Positions 9,818 to 19,126 of a stretch of DNA of 64,000 nt are shown piece by piece. Made by a program: the position numbers and the translations under genes. A model generated the notes under the pieces. That model was given only the letters and a program-made list of their open reading frames with translations, made no database searches and was not told the origin of the DNA. How positions within the stretch are numbered: the first letter of the stretch is position 1; every line of letters starts with the position of its first letter. Source of the DNA: a virus (taxonomy: Duplodnaviria > Caudoviricetes). The stretch lies in IMG/VR virus record IMGVR_UViG_3300025362_000477; one strand, 5' to 3'.

Positions 9818-11038
9818 TTATCTAACTATCAATAATCTATTTTTTGCTCTGGTCACACAAGTATAAAGCCATCTTGCCCATTCATCACCTTCCCAATACT
9901 GACAAGGTTGTTCAATTACCATCACATTATCCCATTCAGATCCCTGACTCTTATGGGCAGTTAGACAATATCCATAATCAAAATAATCTAAATATTTTTT
10001 TCTCTTTTTTCTTTTATTTGTTGGATATTCCTCATAATCATTTCCGTCCCAATCTTCCATTATAAATTCATCCATTTTAGGAGAATCATTGTTGAATGCT
10101 CGCTTTGAGACTTTCCCTTTATAATATCGTCTCTCTCCATCGATCTTAATCATCATATCTAAATAACGTCCACTAATTCCACAACTAGAAACAGTACCCT
10201 GGACACCATTGAAAATCGGACAATTCTTAGCATCTTTATTATTTCGTAAACATATAACTCGTTCTCCTATTGATGGAAATTCAGTAGTGTAATTATGCAT
10301 TTTTCGAACTTTTTGATTTAAAATATTCCTTGTTTTATTGAATCCACATATAATTGCACTGTCTACAAAATCATCATCACTTTTTAGAAAATCATATATC
10401 ATACTATGTTTCTTTGGTACTTTATGAACAAAATCTCCATAAGTCCCATGAGGTATATAACCTTGTTCTCTAGCTAACATAGAGACTTTTGTAATAGGAT
10501 TATTCTCAGCGAACCTATGAACCTCATGCAAGCGAAAATCAATGTGCCCATCAAGTATATTGAATTTATCTGCTACTGGTGGTAGTTGAAAAGAATCTCC
10601 AACGAATAATATTTTCTTACCAAAACTCAGTAATTCTTTATAAATATATTCCGGGACCATTGATGCTTCATCAATAATAATAAAATCTGCCATCAATTCG
10701 CTAACTAATTTCCATATCAATACTTTAATTCCACTTTCATCAATCTTTTCTTCAACTTCATATATCAATGAATGGATTGTTGAAATTGTATCCGATGGAT
10801 AATTTGAAACTCCTGCAAGTGTTAACTTATCTTTTAATACTGATGCTGCCTTTCCAGTAAATGAAGCAAAAGATATCTTTGTACTAGATGGTAATCTACT
10901 CCGTAAATACGATATCAGTGTTGTTTTTCCACTTCCTGCAATTCCAGATAAAATAAATGTCTGGTTTGATCGAGAACCGGAAAGATACCAACTCATAATA
11001 TCATCCAGACATTGTTCTTGAAGTTTACTTAATTCCAT
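9818..11038 (-). CDS. SF1B helicase, RecD/Dda-like
   Basis: GIAGSGKTT, IIIDEASMV, VGDSFQLPPV, YCLTAHKSQGSEW, WLYTCVTRAK. Confidence 0.92.
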   Translation of the reverse strand: MELSKLQEQCLDDIMSWYLSGSRSNQTFILSGIAGSGKTTLISYLRSRLPSSTKISFASFTGKAASVLKDKLTLAGVSNYPSDTISTIHSLIYEVEEKIDESGIKVLIWKLVSELMADFIIIDEASMVPEYIYKELLSFGKKILFVGDSFQLPPVADKFNILDGHIDFRLHEVHRFAENNPITKVSMLAREQGYIPHGTYGDFVHKVPKKHSMIYDFLKSDDDFVDSAIICGFNKTRNILNQKVRKMHNYTTEFPSIGERVICLRNNKDAKNCPIFNGVQGTVSSCGISGRYLDMMIKIDGERRYYKGKVSKRAFNNDSPKMDEFIMEDWDGNDYEEYPTNKRKKRKKYLDYFDYGYCLTAHKSQGSEWDNVMVIEQPCQYWEGDEWARWLYTCVTRAKNRLLIVR

Positions 11039-11243
11039 ATTGTAACCTTTCTATATCATACATTTTAAAAAGTTCCTCTTTTGTAATTGAACATTTTGAT
11101 TGTTTCTTTAAATTCTCCTTATATGGGATTAATTCAATATTTGATACACTCCCAATGATAGCGGGTAAAATATATTTCTTAAACCCTTCACATATTGAAA
11201 ATTTATGATCAATATGTTTATCATAGAATCCCCATAATTTTTT
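11025..11243 (-). pseudogene. Start-less HNH endonuclease C-terminal remnant
   Basis: 72-codon open frame KKLWGFYDKHIDHKFSICEGFKKYILPAIIGSVSNIELIPYKENLKKQSKCSITKEEL..., typical of phage HNH (DH...N...N). No start codon. Confidence 0.7.
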
Positions 11244-11695
11244 TTATCTCAATTTCTACTGGTTCTTCAGAATCATCTAAAAATAAAACTCCTGTATCGG
11301 TAAGTTCAATTCGATTAGTTACCCATTCTTTCCAATCATCTATACCGACACAATCTTGTAACAATTCATAATGTTGCCGAATAGTAGATGAAGCAGCTTG
11401 TCGAATTAATTCTGGCCAATCAATACATTCCCAATCATCATAACATATATGTTCTAATTCAACTTCATATTTTTTATTTACTATAGCTTTAAATTTACAT
11501 AATTTTTTATCTTCTATCTTCTCTAATGGGCACCAATCAGGAAAAATCAACACCGATATGTTTTTTCGGTACATAAGTCAGTGTTGAATTTTCAGTTCTT
11601 GGTGCATCAACATGGCTACAATGATGTTCAATATAATAACAACAATCACATCCACAAGAATCTAATAATACAGTATATTTTCTTTTATCAGACAT
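11221..11695 (-). pseudogene. Cys-rich FPDWCPL-motif protein split by a +1 frameshift
   Basis: ATG 11695 has a strong RBS and reads MSDKRK...CGCDCC...C...KHIGVDFS* (stop 11537). Removing one T from the T5 run at 11542-46 gives ...VDFPDWCPLE and joins track ORF 11221..11574. Confidence 0.5.
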
Positions 11696-11927
11696 CTCCA
11701 TCTCCTAACAAATATGACTTCATCCATGATATGAATGGTCGTTCAAAATTCATAGTTGATAGAATCGTTACCTCTTCTTCATGATCTTTTAAAAACTTCT
11801 TAAGTGACTTATCAAAGAAATGAGCTGCATCAGTATCATCTCGAGTCTCATTAAATTGCTTTCTATATTCTACTACACATTCTTTTAATTTTTTTGTAAA
11901 TGCTAACGGGGTTTTCTGTTTAGGCAT
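11688..11927 (-). CDS. Hypothetical protein
   Basis: 79 aa, overlaps neighbouring genes in coupled fashion. Confidence 0.6.
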   Translation of the reverse strand: MPKQKTPLAFTKKLKECVVEYRKQFNETRDDTDAAHFFDKSLKKFLKDHEEEVTILSTMNFERPFISWMKSYLLGDGDV

Positions 11928-12216
11928 TCGGTATAGCTCCCACTGGTGTAATAAAACCTTTCATTAATTCCACATCAGCAATACCTTGAGCATCACCGGT
12001 CGAGCAACCCTTTTTTTCAAGTTCTAATACTCTTTCAGTATAGGTTAGTTTTTTATAACCATTCTTAATAACCGAAATGAGTTTCTCAACAATATCTGGA
12101 CATCTAACTTGATATTCTTCTTTTAGTTCTTTAATATACCACCCATCAATCATCCCTGTTTCTTTAATCTCTTCATTGATCCTATCAGCAACTTTCTCTT
12201 GTTCTTCATCTAACAT
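11920..12216 (-). CDS. Hypothetical protein
   Basis: 98 aa with AGGAG RBS. Confidence 0.6.
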   Translation of the reverse strand: MLDEEQEKVADRINEEIKETGMIDGWYIKELKEEYQVRCPDIVEKLISVIKNGYKKLTYTERVLELEKKGCSTGDAQGIADVELMKGFITPVGAIPNA

Positions 12217-12232
12217 AATATTCTCCTTTGAT

Positions 12233-12260
12233 GGGGGGTTTATACTTTTATAAACCCCCC
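12233..12260. repeat. Perfect 12-bp inverted repeat hairpin
   Basis: GGGGGGTTTATA-cttt-TATAAACCCCCC between co-directional genes. Confidence 0.75.
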
Positions 12261-12272
12261 GTTGTTTAATTA

Positions 12273-13354
12273 TTATCTTCCGGATTTTCTTCGATTACAT
12301 TCTTTGCATAGCATCTGGCAATTCATATCCAATGTTTTCCCACCTTCATGCCATGGTGTAATATGATCCGCTTCCATCCCTGATATTTCAAAATGTTCAC
12401 CACATATAGGACATTTACCTAATTGTCTCTCATATGCCTTCTGTCTGATTGATTCCGAGAAAGCCCGAATATTCAAGTATTTATCATTCCCAGTTAATAG
12501 ATATTGATATATTCCACTTTTCTTCGTTACATCATCATCAAGGATTAACCTTCGAGTTTCACTCTCTAGATTATTAGTATCATATGACACATCTTTATAT
12601 TGATTATAAAGGATACCCCATTCCACACTTTTCATATCATTTCGATTTTTGATAAAGGTAGTAATTACCCATGTTATCACGGCCTGATAATATCTCCACA
12701 ATGCACCTGCGTTTTGGTCGTTTTGATGATTTGCCATATAAGCTTCTATGTTATTTTCTGATATCCATTTTATTGCGGTTTCAAGATAGTCCTGCCGAAT
12801 AACTGAACCAGACATATAATTACTACCTATATTGTAGGCTACACATCCCTGCTTACTGAAGTATCGTTTAGCATCTGAACACCACGGACCAGAATAAACC
12901 GCATTTCGCAGTTCTTGATTTGTTAGTTTCTCACCCGCAATATTTATTGTCTTAAACCAATCCAGTTTTTCACTATCTGTCCCACTACATAAATAGATCA
13001 TAATAGTATAGTTTAGAATTTGTTCCTTCTCATCATCTTGTAGATTATCGAAGTATCGTTCGTTAAATGAGAAGTCTCCGTTAACATACTGGCAGATCGA
13101 TATTGTTCTTTGTTGTCCATCAATCACTTCAAACTTGCCATCACCTCTAACAGCCCAATACATAAGGCTCAAAGGAAAGCTTTGGTAATCGTATTTATTA
13201 CTGAAGCTCTTTGTTTATCCTTATAAATAAACTCCCGCTGATATGCAGGTCTGATGTCTAAATTTCCACCGTATCCAATTACTCCGTTTTCATATAAATT
13301 AGTATACCCAGCCGTCAATTCACGAACTGTAATTTCTTTAAATTCAACATTCAT
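12273..13354 (-). pseudogene. DUF262/GmrS-like plus HNH endonuclease, frameshifted
   Basis: RPAYQREFIY in 13169..13354; IDGQQR and C-terminal CPIC...ADH...GG...NCQMLCKECNRRK in 12273..13172. One added G at AAA G(G)C TTT CCT TTG restores TKGFPLSLMYW. Confidence 0.8.
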
Positions 13355-14307
13355 TCTGTCACCTTTCTTTTAATAAATAAACGAGTATAAAGTTTCTTTC
13401 CATTCAATACACAACTGTCCATTTTTTTAACAGTCAATCGTATAGCATCAATCTCAGGGATATTATCGCCGCCCCTATCAGAATTTCCCAAAATCTCAAA
13501 TTGATCAGGATTTAATTTAGCAACAGGAACACCCATGATACCATTATAATCACAAGGGATATCTTTTATCCTGTTAACGTTAATAGCATCATAGTTATCA
13601 TACTTTGGATAGTCTTCTGGTGTATATTTTCTAAATAGGATAAGTTCTTCATGTCTCTGAATATAATCTAAATTAGTAAACCATACCGTATTACATGCAA
13701 CAAATATTTTCTCTAATGTTTCATCATTATCTTCAAATGGACAAAACATGGGGGGTACTTCAAATTTCACAGGAATAGTGGCACCAAACCATATCTTTTT
13801 ATCTTTGATTGAATTAAATACCCCCTTATATGTAATAGCAGGTGCACTTCCAATGATTAAGAACTTCTTATCATATTCAATCAATTGAGCAAAGTATTCT
13901 CTAAACAAAGAGAATGGTGGATTAGTCACTACTATATCAGCTTGCTTCAATATCTCAATACATTCAGGGTTACGAAAGTCTCCATCACCTTCTAACGGAT
14001 GCACTTCAATCTCATCGATATCTGGCATATGATTTCCATTTTTATCACCAGTATATTCCGCCCATATTGCAGGTTGACTTTCTGATACGTAATGGATCGA
14101 GATCAGTTTCTTTAATCCTAAAGAATCAAATTTGAGAGAAAAGTATTTGAAGAAGTTGCTTATATAAAGATTATCGCAATTGCATAAGATAGTTTTTCCT
14201 CTAAAATGATTCTTGTAGTGCATCAACTCTTTCTCTATATCAGTTAATTGTGTATAAAATTCATCATTCTTTTTCTTTCTCGCTTTATGTAAATTAGTAT
14301 TTTTCAT
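13351..14307 (-). CDS. Adenine-specific DNA methyltransferase, EcoRI family
   Basis: DEFYTQL, LCNCD, ADIVVTNPPFSLFREY. Start moved to ATG 14307 after a GGAGGAGG RBS. Confidence 0.88.
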   Translation of the reverse strand: MKNTNLHKARKKKNDEFYTQLTDIEKELMHYKNHFRGKTILCNCDNLYISNFFKYFSLKFDSLGLKKLISIHYVSESQPAIWAEYTGDKNGNHMPDIDEIEVHPLEGDGDFRNPECIEILKQADIVVTNPPFSLFREYFAQLIEYDKKFLIIGSAPAITYKGVFNSIKDKKIWFGATIPVKFEVPPMFCPFEDNDETLEKIFVACNTVWFTNLDYIQRHEELILFRKYTPEDYPKYDNYDAINVNRIKDIPCDYNGIMGVPVAKLNPDQFEILGNSDRGGDNIPEIDAIRLTVKKMDSCVLNGKKLYTRLFIKRKVTE

Positions 14308-14331
14308 AGTCCTCCTCCCCACACCCAACTT

Positions 14332-14634
14332 CTAACGGGGTTTTCTGTTCTGCCATTCTTCGTTTCCTATTGCAATTTCAGTTTTTGATATTACACATTT
14401 TATATCTAAAGCTAATAACTTATTTCTATAACCTACTAATTCATCTACATTCCTACTTGAATACAATAATGATCGTGTTTTATCAATTGCTTCATAAACA
14501 AGTTTTACAGATAGAGGTACATTGAAACCGAACATGTTACATAGCACTTCTGCACAATAACCTTTGAATGCCTTATTATTATATGGATTCCATAAAAGAT
14601 AAAGACAGTATAAAGTTTCTAATTCTTTTGTCAT
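14332..14634 (-). CDS. Hypothetical protein, possible ClpS-like fold
   Basis: 100 aa; strand-helix-helix pattern (LYLLWNPYN...EVLCNMFG...VKLVYEA) loosely ClpS-like. Confidence 0.35.
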   Translation of the reverse strand: MTKELETLYCLYLLWNPYNNKAFKGYCAEVLCNMFGFNVPLSVKLVYEAIDKTRSLLYSSRNVDELVGYRNKLLALDIKCVISKTEIAIGNEEWQNRKPR

Positions 14635-15020
14635 TCAATCAAATCCCAAGTTACCAATACTTTAAATTCACCATCACCACCAGTATCACAAGTCATAATT
14701 TTTTCATCATTAATTTTAAAATATTGATATTTATGGAATATATCAATCCACTGACTATGATCCTCAAATCCATAACATGGATCCCCAATAACCATCAATC
14801 CACTAGGGATATTGATGTTTGATGTTTTATTAACTTCTCCGATCCAACAATCTTTACTATATAGACGAACCCGATATTTTCCAGGTTTCATTTCTATTAC
14901 TGAACCTAGTTTTTTATATTCATCTCTAACATATTGTTCATCTGGATAAAAATTTAAATCAGCGACACCTATGATTCCAGTATCAACTGAACATTTGCAT
15001 CCATGTTCTTTCTGTTCCAT
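14631..15020 (-). CDS. Hypothetical protein
   Basis: Start MEQKEHG at 15020 with AAGGA RBS. The upstream track extension lies inside the tRNA-like element. Confidence 0.6.
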   Translation of the reverse strand: MEQKEHGCKCSVDTGIIGVADLNFYPDEQYVRDEYKKLGSVIEMKPGKYRVRLYSKDCWIGEVNKTSNINIPSGLMVIGDPCYGFEDHSQWIDIFHKYQYFKINDEKIMTCDTGGDGEFKVLVTWDLIE

Positions 15021-15042
15021 TATATATTCCTTTTTTAATGAA

Positions 15043-15152
15043 GTTGGGGGCAGGATTCGAACCTGCAATTAATAAGCTAATAGCCTTGTACTTCGGCGTC
15101 TCACTAACATCAACCCTTCTAGAGGTATGTATGCCAATTCCATCACCCCAAC
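15043..15152 (-). tRNA. tRNA-like element (Leu-type D-arm) with aberrant, expanded anticodon region; isotype unresolved
   Basis: 7-bp acceptor GTTGGGG/CCCCAAC, D-arm ATG-GAATTGGCATA-CAT, perfect T-arm GCAGG-TTCGAAT-CCTGC. The 59 nt between D and T arms lack a clean 5-bp anticodon stem. Confidence 0.65.
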
Positions 15153-15159
15153 TGAAAAT

Positions 15160-15423
15160 TTAAATTTCATCCTTCAGATTATTTGTAATTACATCTTCAA
15201 TTGTTACGTCTTTTAAACATACAGCTTGAGACATATCAATAGTAGCCGTCATAGAAGATGATGCTTTCCAATCATCCCAATATGACATACTTGTTCTTAT
15301 CTTATTTATTTCATCAGATGAAGTAACCCAATTTCTCCAATATATAATTTTAATTGTAACTGGGTCACATAAAAATTGAAGCTTTGGATATCTATCATCT
15401 ATCATTAATTTAAAATCTACCAT
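15160..15423 (-). CDS. Hypothetical protein
   Basis: 87 aa, overlaps the QueC-like stop. Confidence 0.6.
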   Translation of the reverse strand: MVDFKLMIDDRYPKLQFLCDPVTIKIIYWRNWVTSSDEINKIRTSMSYWDDWKASSSMTATIDMSQAVCLKDVTIEDVITNNLKDEI

Positions 15424-16316
15424 CTTTTAACCTCTTTCAATTTCTGTTTAAGAATTTCAATTCGGTCAGGTGGTAACAATATCCGATCTATAATATTATT
15501 AATATCTGGTTTCTTCTCAAACCCATCTTTTAAGTGCTGTGGTATATGAGGTACGTAATCTGGATCATCGACTTCATAGAAGTTACGATTAGTTTTTAAA
15601 CCAAGCATCTTTTCCGACCAATGAGAAAGCAAACCACTACCACACGCAGGTATGCCATCTTTAGCACAATTGCATGGTATTCCATTTACTACCTTAGCTC
15701 GATCACATGATATACATAAATCGAAAAGATCAAGAAATTTAAAATGATTAGCTAATACATATTGTTCAGTTTTCATAAGATTAGCTAAACAATATAACAT
15801 CGAAAATCGATCCCCAACCAATGATGCATATTTAGCCATACCTATACATGCATCACTAAAATATTTTGTATTATCCGGGTAACACGCAGACTCTGTTAGT
15901 TGATTCCATCCAGCACAAAAATAAACCTTTTTATAATTATGTTTCATAACTTCTGATTCTGCAAAAACCATCATGATAGTTTGAAATAAACCATTGCGCA
16001 TAGGATGCCAGGCAGCAGTTGTCTTTAATCCCAATTTTGTACCTGTGACAATTTTTGCATTTTCATTAGCCAGCATAGAAATAGATTCGACTTCCATTTC
16101 ATTATATAGATTTCTGACATCAAAAACCTTTAATGGAATATTTAAATGATTGCATATATTAGTGATTGCTAAAAATTCAGCTTCATCACTTCTAGTTCCA
16201 TATCGAAAATGACAAACAACCAAATTTTCATATCCAGCTAATTGTAATATTTTTAAAGTACATGTTGAATCTAATCCTGAACTACATGATACTAATACTA
16301 ATTCATTTTCTAACAT
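15417..16316 (-). CDS. queC: QueC-like ATP pyrophosphatase (7-cyano-7-deazaguanine synthase family)
   Basis: PP-loop SSGLDS, PMRN, YPDN, LMKTE, C-terminal Cys cluster CISCD...C.C...CGSG. Confidence 0.78.
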   Translation of the reverse strand: MLENELVLVSCSSGLDSTCTLKILQLAGYENLVVCHFRYGTRSDEAEFLAITNICNHLNIPLKVFDVRNLYNEMEVESISMLANENAKIVTGTKLGLKTTAAWHPMRNGLFQTIMMVFAESEVMKHNYKKVYFCAGWNQLTESACYPDNTKYFSDACIGMAKYASLVGDRFSMLYCLANLMKTEQYVLANHFKFLDLFDLCISCDRAKVVNGIPCNCAKDGIPACGSGLLSHWSEKMLGLKTNRNFYEVDDPDYVPHIPQHLKDGFEKKPDINNIIDRILLPPDRIEILKQKLKEVKRW

Positions 16317-17476
16317 TCTAACTCCTTCATTAATTGTTTAAATTCATTTATAATTTGATTTGGATTTTCCATCCAATCACATTTTTTAATCCGAAATATC
16401 TGATACCCTTTATTCATCAAATCACAATCTTTCTGATTATCTTTAAATTTACACCATTTTTGATTATGATGATCTTCATCAAATTCAATAATTAGTTTCA
16501 ATTCTTCAATCCGACCATCTGGAATATATCCAATTAATTGAACATTTCTAAGGATTTCAAATTTGGAATGAATCTGGATCTCATTTAAACATGGTCTTTC
16601 CATATCACCAACTCGACCACATAAAGTCTCACCATTTAATTTTTCATTCTCAATCATACGGATGAAGTTTTCCCGGTACATTTGTCTAGCTTCAGAAGTT
16701 TGGGAAAAATGCATACCAAAATGATCTATATTAGTTTGATGAATTTTTCTTTGAATTTCCTCTGATTGCGACGCATGTTCAAATCCATATCTTTCTAAAC
16801 ATGTATGTTTAACTTTTTCATATAATTCATCTGATGCAAATCCGGTGCCACCATAACGAGATATGTTTGTTTCTCTGATTCGTCCTAATATCTCATCAGA
16901 ATAACTAGAATGTTCTACGCCATATTTTTCTAAACATGTATGTTTATATTTATCTTTAAATTCTTTAGTTTGAACATAAAAATCAACACCATATCTCTCA
17001 TTGAATGTTGTAGATAATTTATCAACGACTATCTTTGATTTCATAGGATTATCAACACCATAATGATTCATCAATGTATTGATTCGTTTCTCTTTAACAA
17101 TTTCAGATTTTGAAACACATTCATTTGAACAGTATTGATTATAACCATAAGGAATAGATATAAATTTCGTTAATTGTCCACATATTTTACATTCTCCATC
17201 ACCTTTTGTTTTTAAGTATCTATCATAGTATTCTTTTAAAGAAATATCTTTATGATTTTTTATGATATGGAAAGATAAACCTTTCGGACCACAGAAATAT
17301 CGTAAACATATTTGACATTGTGATACATCCTGGATATATTTAGACAATTCATCAATATTATTAATTTTATGAGCTCTTACTAAATGATTCAATAAATCAG
17401 CAGAATTGAATTTCATAGCATCGCATAAGGGACAAGAAATCTCTCTAACATATTTAACAGGTCTAATGCTTTTCAC
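16310..17476 (-). mobile_element. Putative homing endonuclease: C2H2 zinc fingers, KYG repeats, C-terminal PD-(D/E)xK/DUF559-like nuclease
   Basis: CPLC..H..H and CQIC..H..H fingers, repeated (E/R)(K/R)YGV motifs, GYIPDGRIEELKLIIEFDEDHH. Confidence 0.7.
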
Positions 17477-17479
17477 AAA

Positions 17480-17689
17480 TTATTGACATTTTTTACTACA
17501 ACTTTTATTATATCCAATATTCATATTGAGGAATGTAGTAACCTTGCCACAATGACACATTCCTTCATTTTCTGTTTTTATAAATTTATCATAATAATCT
17601 TTAGATGATAATCTATGTTTCTGAAATACATGACTTGCTAAACCAATATAATTTTTACATTTCATTCTGCAAATTTGACATTCAATCAT
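17480..17689 (-). CDS. C2H2 zinc-finger fragment, in frame with the downstream endonuclease
   Basis: MIECQIC...H..H...CHCG...CSKKCQ*. Separated from 17476 by a single TAA and one codon. Confidence 0.55.
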   Translation of the reverse strand: MIECQICRMKCKNYIGLASHVFQKHRLSSKDYYDKFIKTENEGMCHCGKVTTFLNMNIGYNKSCSKKCQ

Positions 17690-17810
17690 AATATTTCTCC
17701 TCAAGTCGAGAAATAGCTTCATTGACTAATTCATAAATTTTTTTCTCAGTTTTAGCAGATAATATTTTAATTCTTTTTTGTGTCTCATCTGGTACCCCAA
17801 TTGTTTTCAT
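17682..17810 (-). CDS. Ribbon-helix-helix (CopG/Arc-like) protein, 42 aa
   Basis: Not in track. MKTIGVPDETQKRIKILSAKTEKKIYELVNEAISRLEEKYYD; AGGGG RBS; stop overlaps the next ATG. Confidence 0.65.
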   Translation of the reverse strand: MKTIGVPDETQKRIKILSAKTEKKIYELVNEAISRLEEKYYD

Positions 17811-17838
17811 AATATCCCCTAGTAAATTAGATTTTTAG

Positions 17839-17857
17839 TATTTTATAATTTATTCGG
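17839..17857 (-). promoter_or_regulatory. Candidate promoter CCGAATAAATTATAAAATA
   Basis: Identical 19-mer at 63857-63875; both lie upstream of gene starts. Confidence 0.5.
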
Positions 17858-17879
17858 GAATATTATGAAAACATATACT

Positions 17880-18734
17880 TTAATCTAAACTATGAACAAT
17901 TCCATTTTTAGTATCAAACGTGGGGGTAATATATCGAGGAGTATATTTCTCCTTCCGCATAAATCCAGATTGAAGATCTATCTCTCTGATGGCGTGACCA
18001 TCTAGATAGTGATGATAAAAATTCTCCCAAATAAACATTCCATCCCGAGTTGCACCTAGATAATCATGGATGACTTCACCCAATACATCATTATCACTAT
18101 GTAGAAAAAATCCCAAACCTCGAATATATCCATGGCTAAGTTGCATATGATCATTAACCACATATAACATATCCTTATCTTCATCATACATGATAGCAGC
18201 AAAGCCACCACTTAGATATTCCATTGCATCCTTCATATTCCGACCTTTAGCAATATAAGCAGCGGCAATGGCTTCTGAATCAATATCAGTTTGAAAGACA
18301 TATTCTCTTTCTTCACATATCGAGTCTTCAGACCATTTCCGTAGATCGTTATATATCTTTTGAGATACAGCTCCATTATGAACTAATACTAATCCGGCTT
18401 CTTTATTAACTATTGGTTGCATAGTCCTAATAAGATCATCCTTATTAGTTGCTATTTCCGTTTCCGGTGCTGCTCTAGCAATAGCTATGACTAAATCCCC
18501 AATAGACATCTCTTCAAGAATATCTTGAACCTCGGCTGTAACCTCTGGATCAGAATATTTCTTTGATGTTCTAAATTGAGATCTAACCTTTCTAATACCT
18601 GTCTTTTTATCTTTTCTAATTAATGCTAGCCCGAAGCCATCCTGACCTCTTTTCTCGGCTCCCAAGAAAAGGGTATCAAGATGCTTATATTCAATTGTTG
18701 ATTCTCTAGCAAAGAATGCCGTTATCCCGCACAT
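17880..18734 (-). CDS. Class II (Ntn) glutamine amidotransferase
   Basis: N-terminal MCGI, RGQDGFG, VHNGAV, TDIDSE. Confidence 0.85.
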   Translation of the reverse strand: MCGITAFFARESTIEYKHLDTLFLGAEKRGQDGFGLALIRKDKKTGIRKVRSQFRTSKKYSDPEVTAEVQDILEEMSIGDLVIAIARAAPETEIATNKDDLIRTMQPIVNKEAGLVLVHNGAVSQKIYNDLRKWSEDSICEEREYVFQTDIDSEAIAAAYIAKGRNMKDAMEYLSGGFAAIMYDEDKDMLYVVNDHMQLSHGYIRGLGFFLHSDNDVLGEVIHDYLGATRDGMFIWENFYHHYLDGHAIREIDLQSGFMRKEKYTPRYITPTFDTKNGIVHSLD

Positions 18735-19126
18735 ATATTGCTCCTTATATTTACTTCATTTGTTGAATCTTCTCGTCGAAAACTATTCTCTAATATGTCA
18801 TAAAGTTCAGATCTCTCACCTTCAAGTTCATCTATTCTTTTATGACAATAATCTTGGATCTGCTCATCCGCTAAATCCCATGCTCCCTCTTCAGTTGAAC
18901 ACAATCTATCAGTAGTGTTAGTAACAAGATCATCAAATTTATCATATTTCAATCTACAATAGATTTTACCTTTATTATTTTTAGATAGAACTGATATTAT
19001 TGCAACTTTCAATACTAAATCATTATCTTTACCACCTAGATATCCTCTCATAGCCACCGAATCAGCAGCATAAAAGACATCACCTGGTTTAGGATTTAAC
19101 GGGTCTGGTAATTTTATATCATCCAT
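18722..19126 (-). CDS. Hypothetical protein
   Basis: 134 aa, coupled to neighbours. Confidence 0.6.
   Translation of the reverse strand: MDDIKLPDPLNPKPGDVFYAADSVAMRGYLGGKDNDLVLKVAIISVLSKNNKGKIYCRLKYDKFDDLVTNTTDRLCSTEEGAWDLADEQIQDYCHKRIDELEGERSELYDILENSFRREDSTNEVNIRSNICAG

Noticed and set aside
15021-15068. N-terminal extension MQVRILPP of track ORF 14631..15068
   Set aside because: It is the translation of the tRNA T-arm; the real start with RBS is at 15020.
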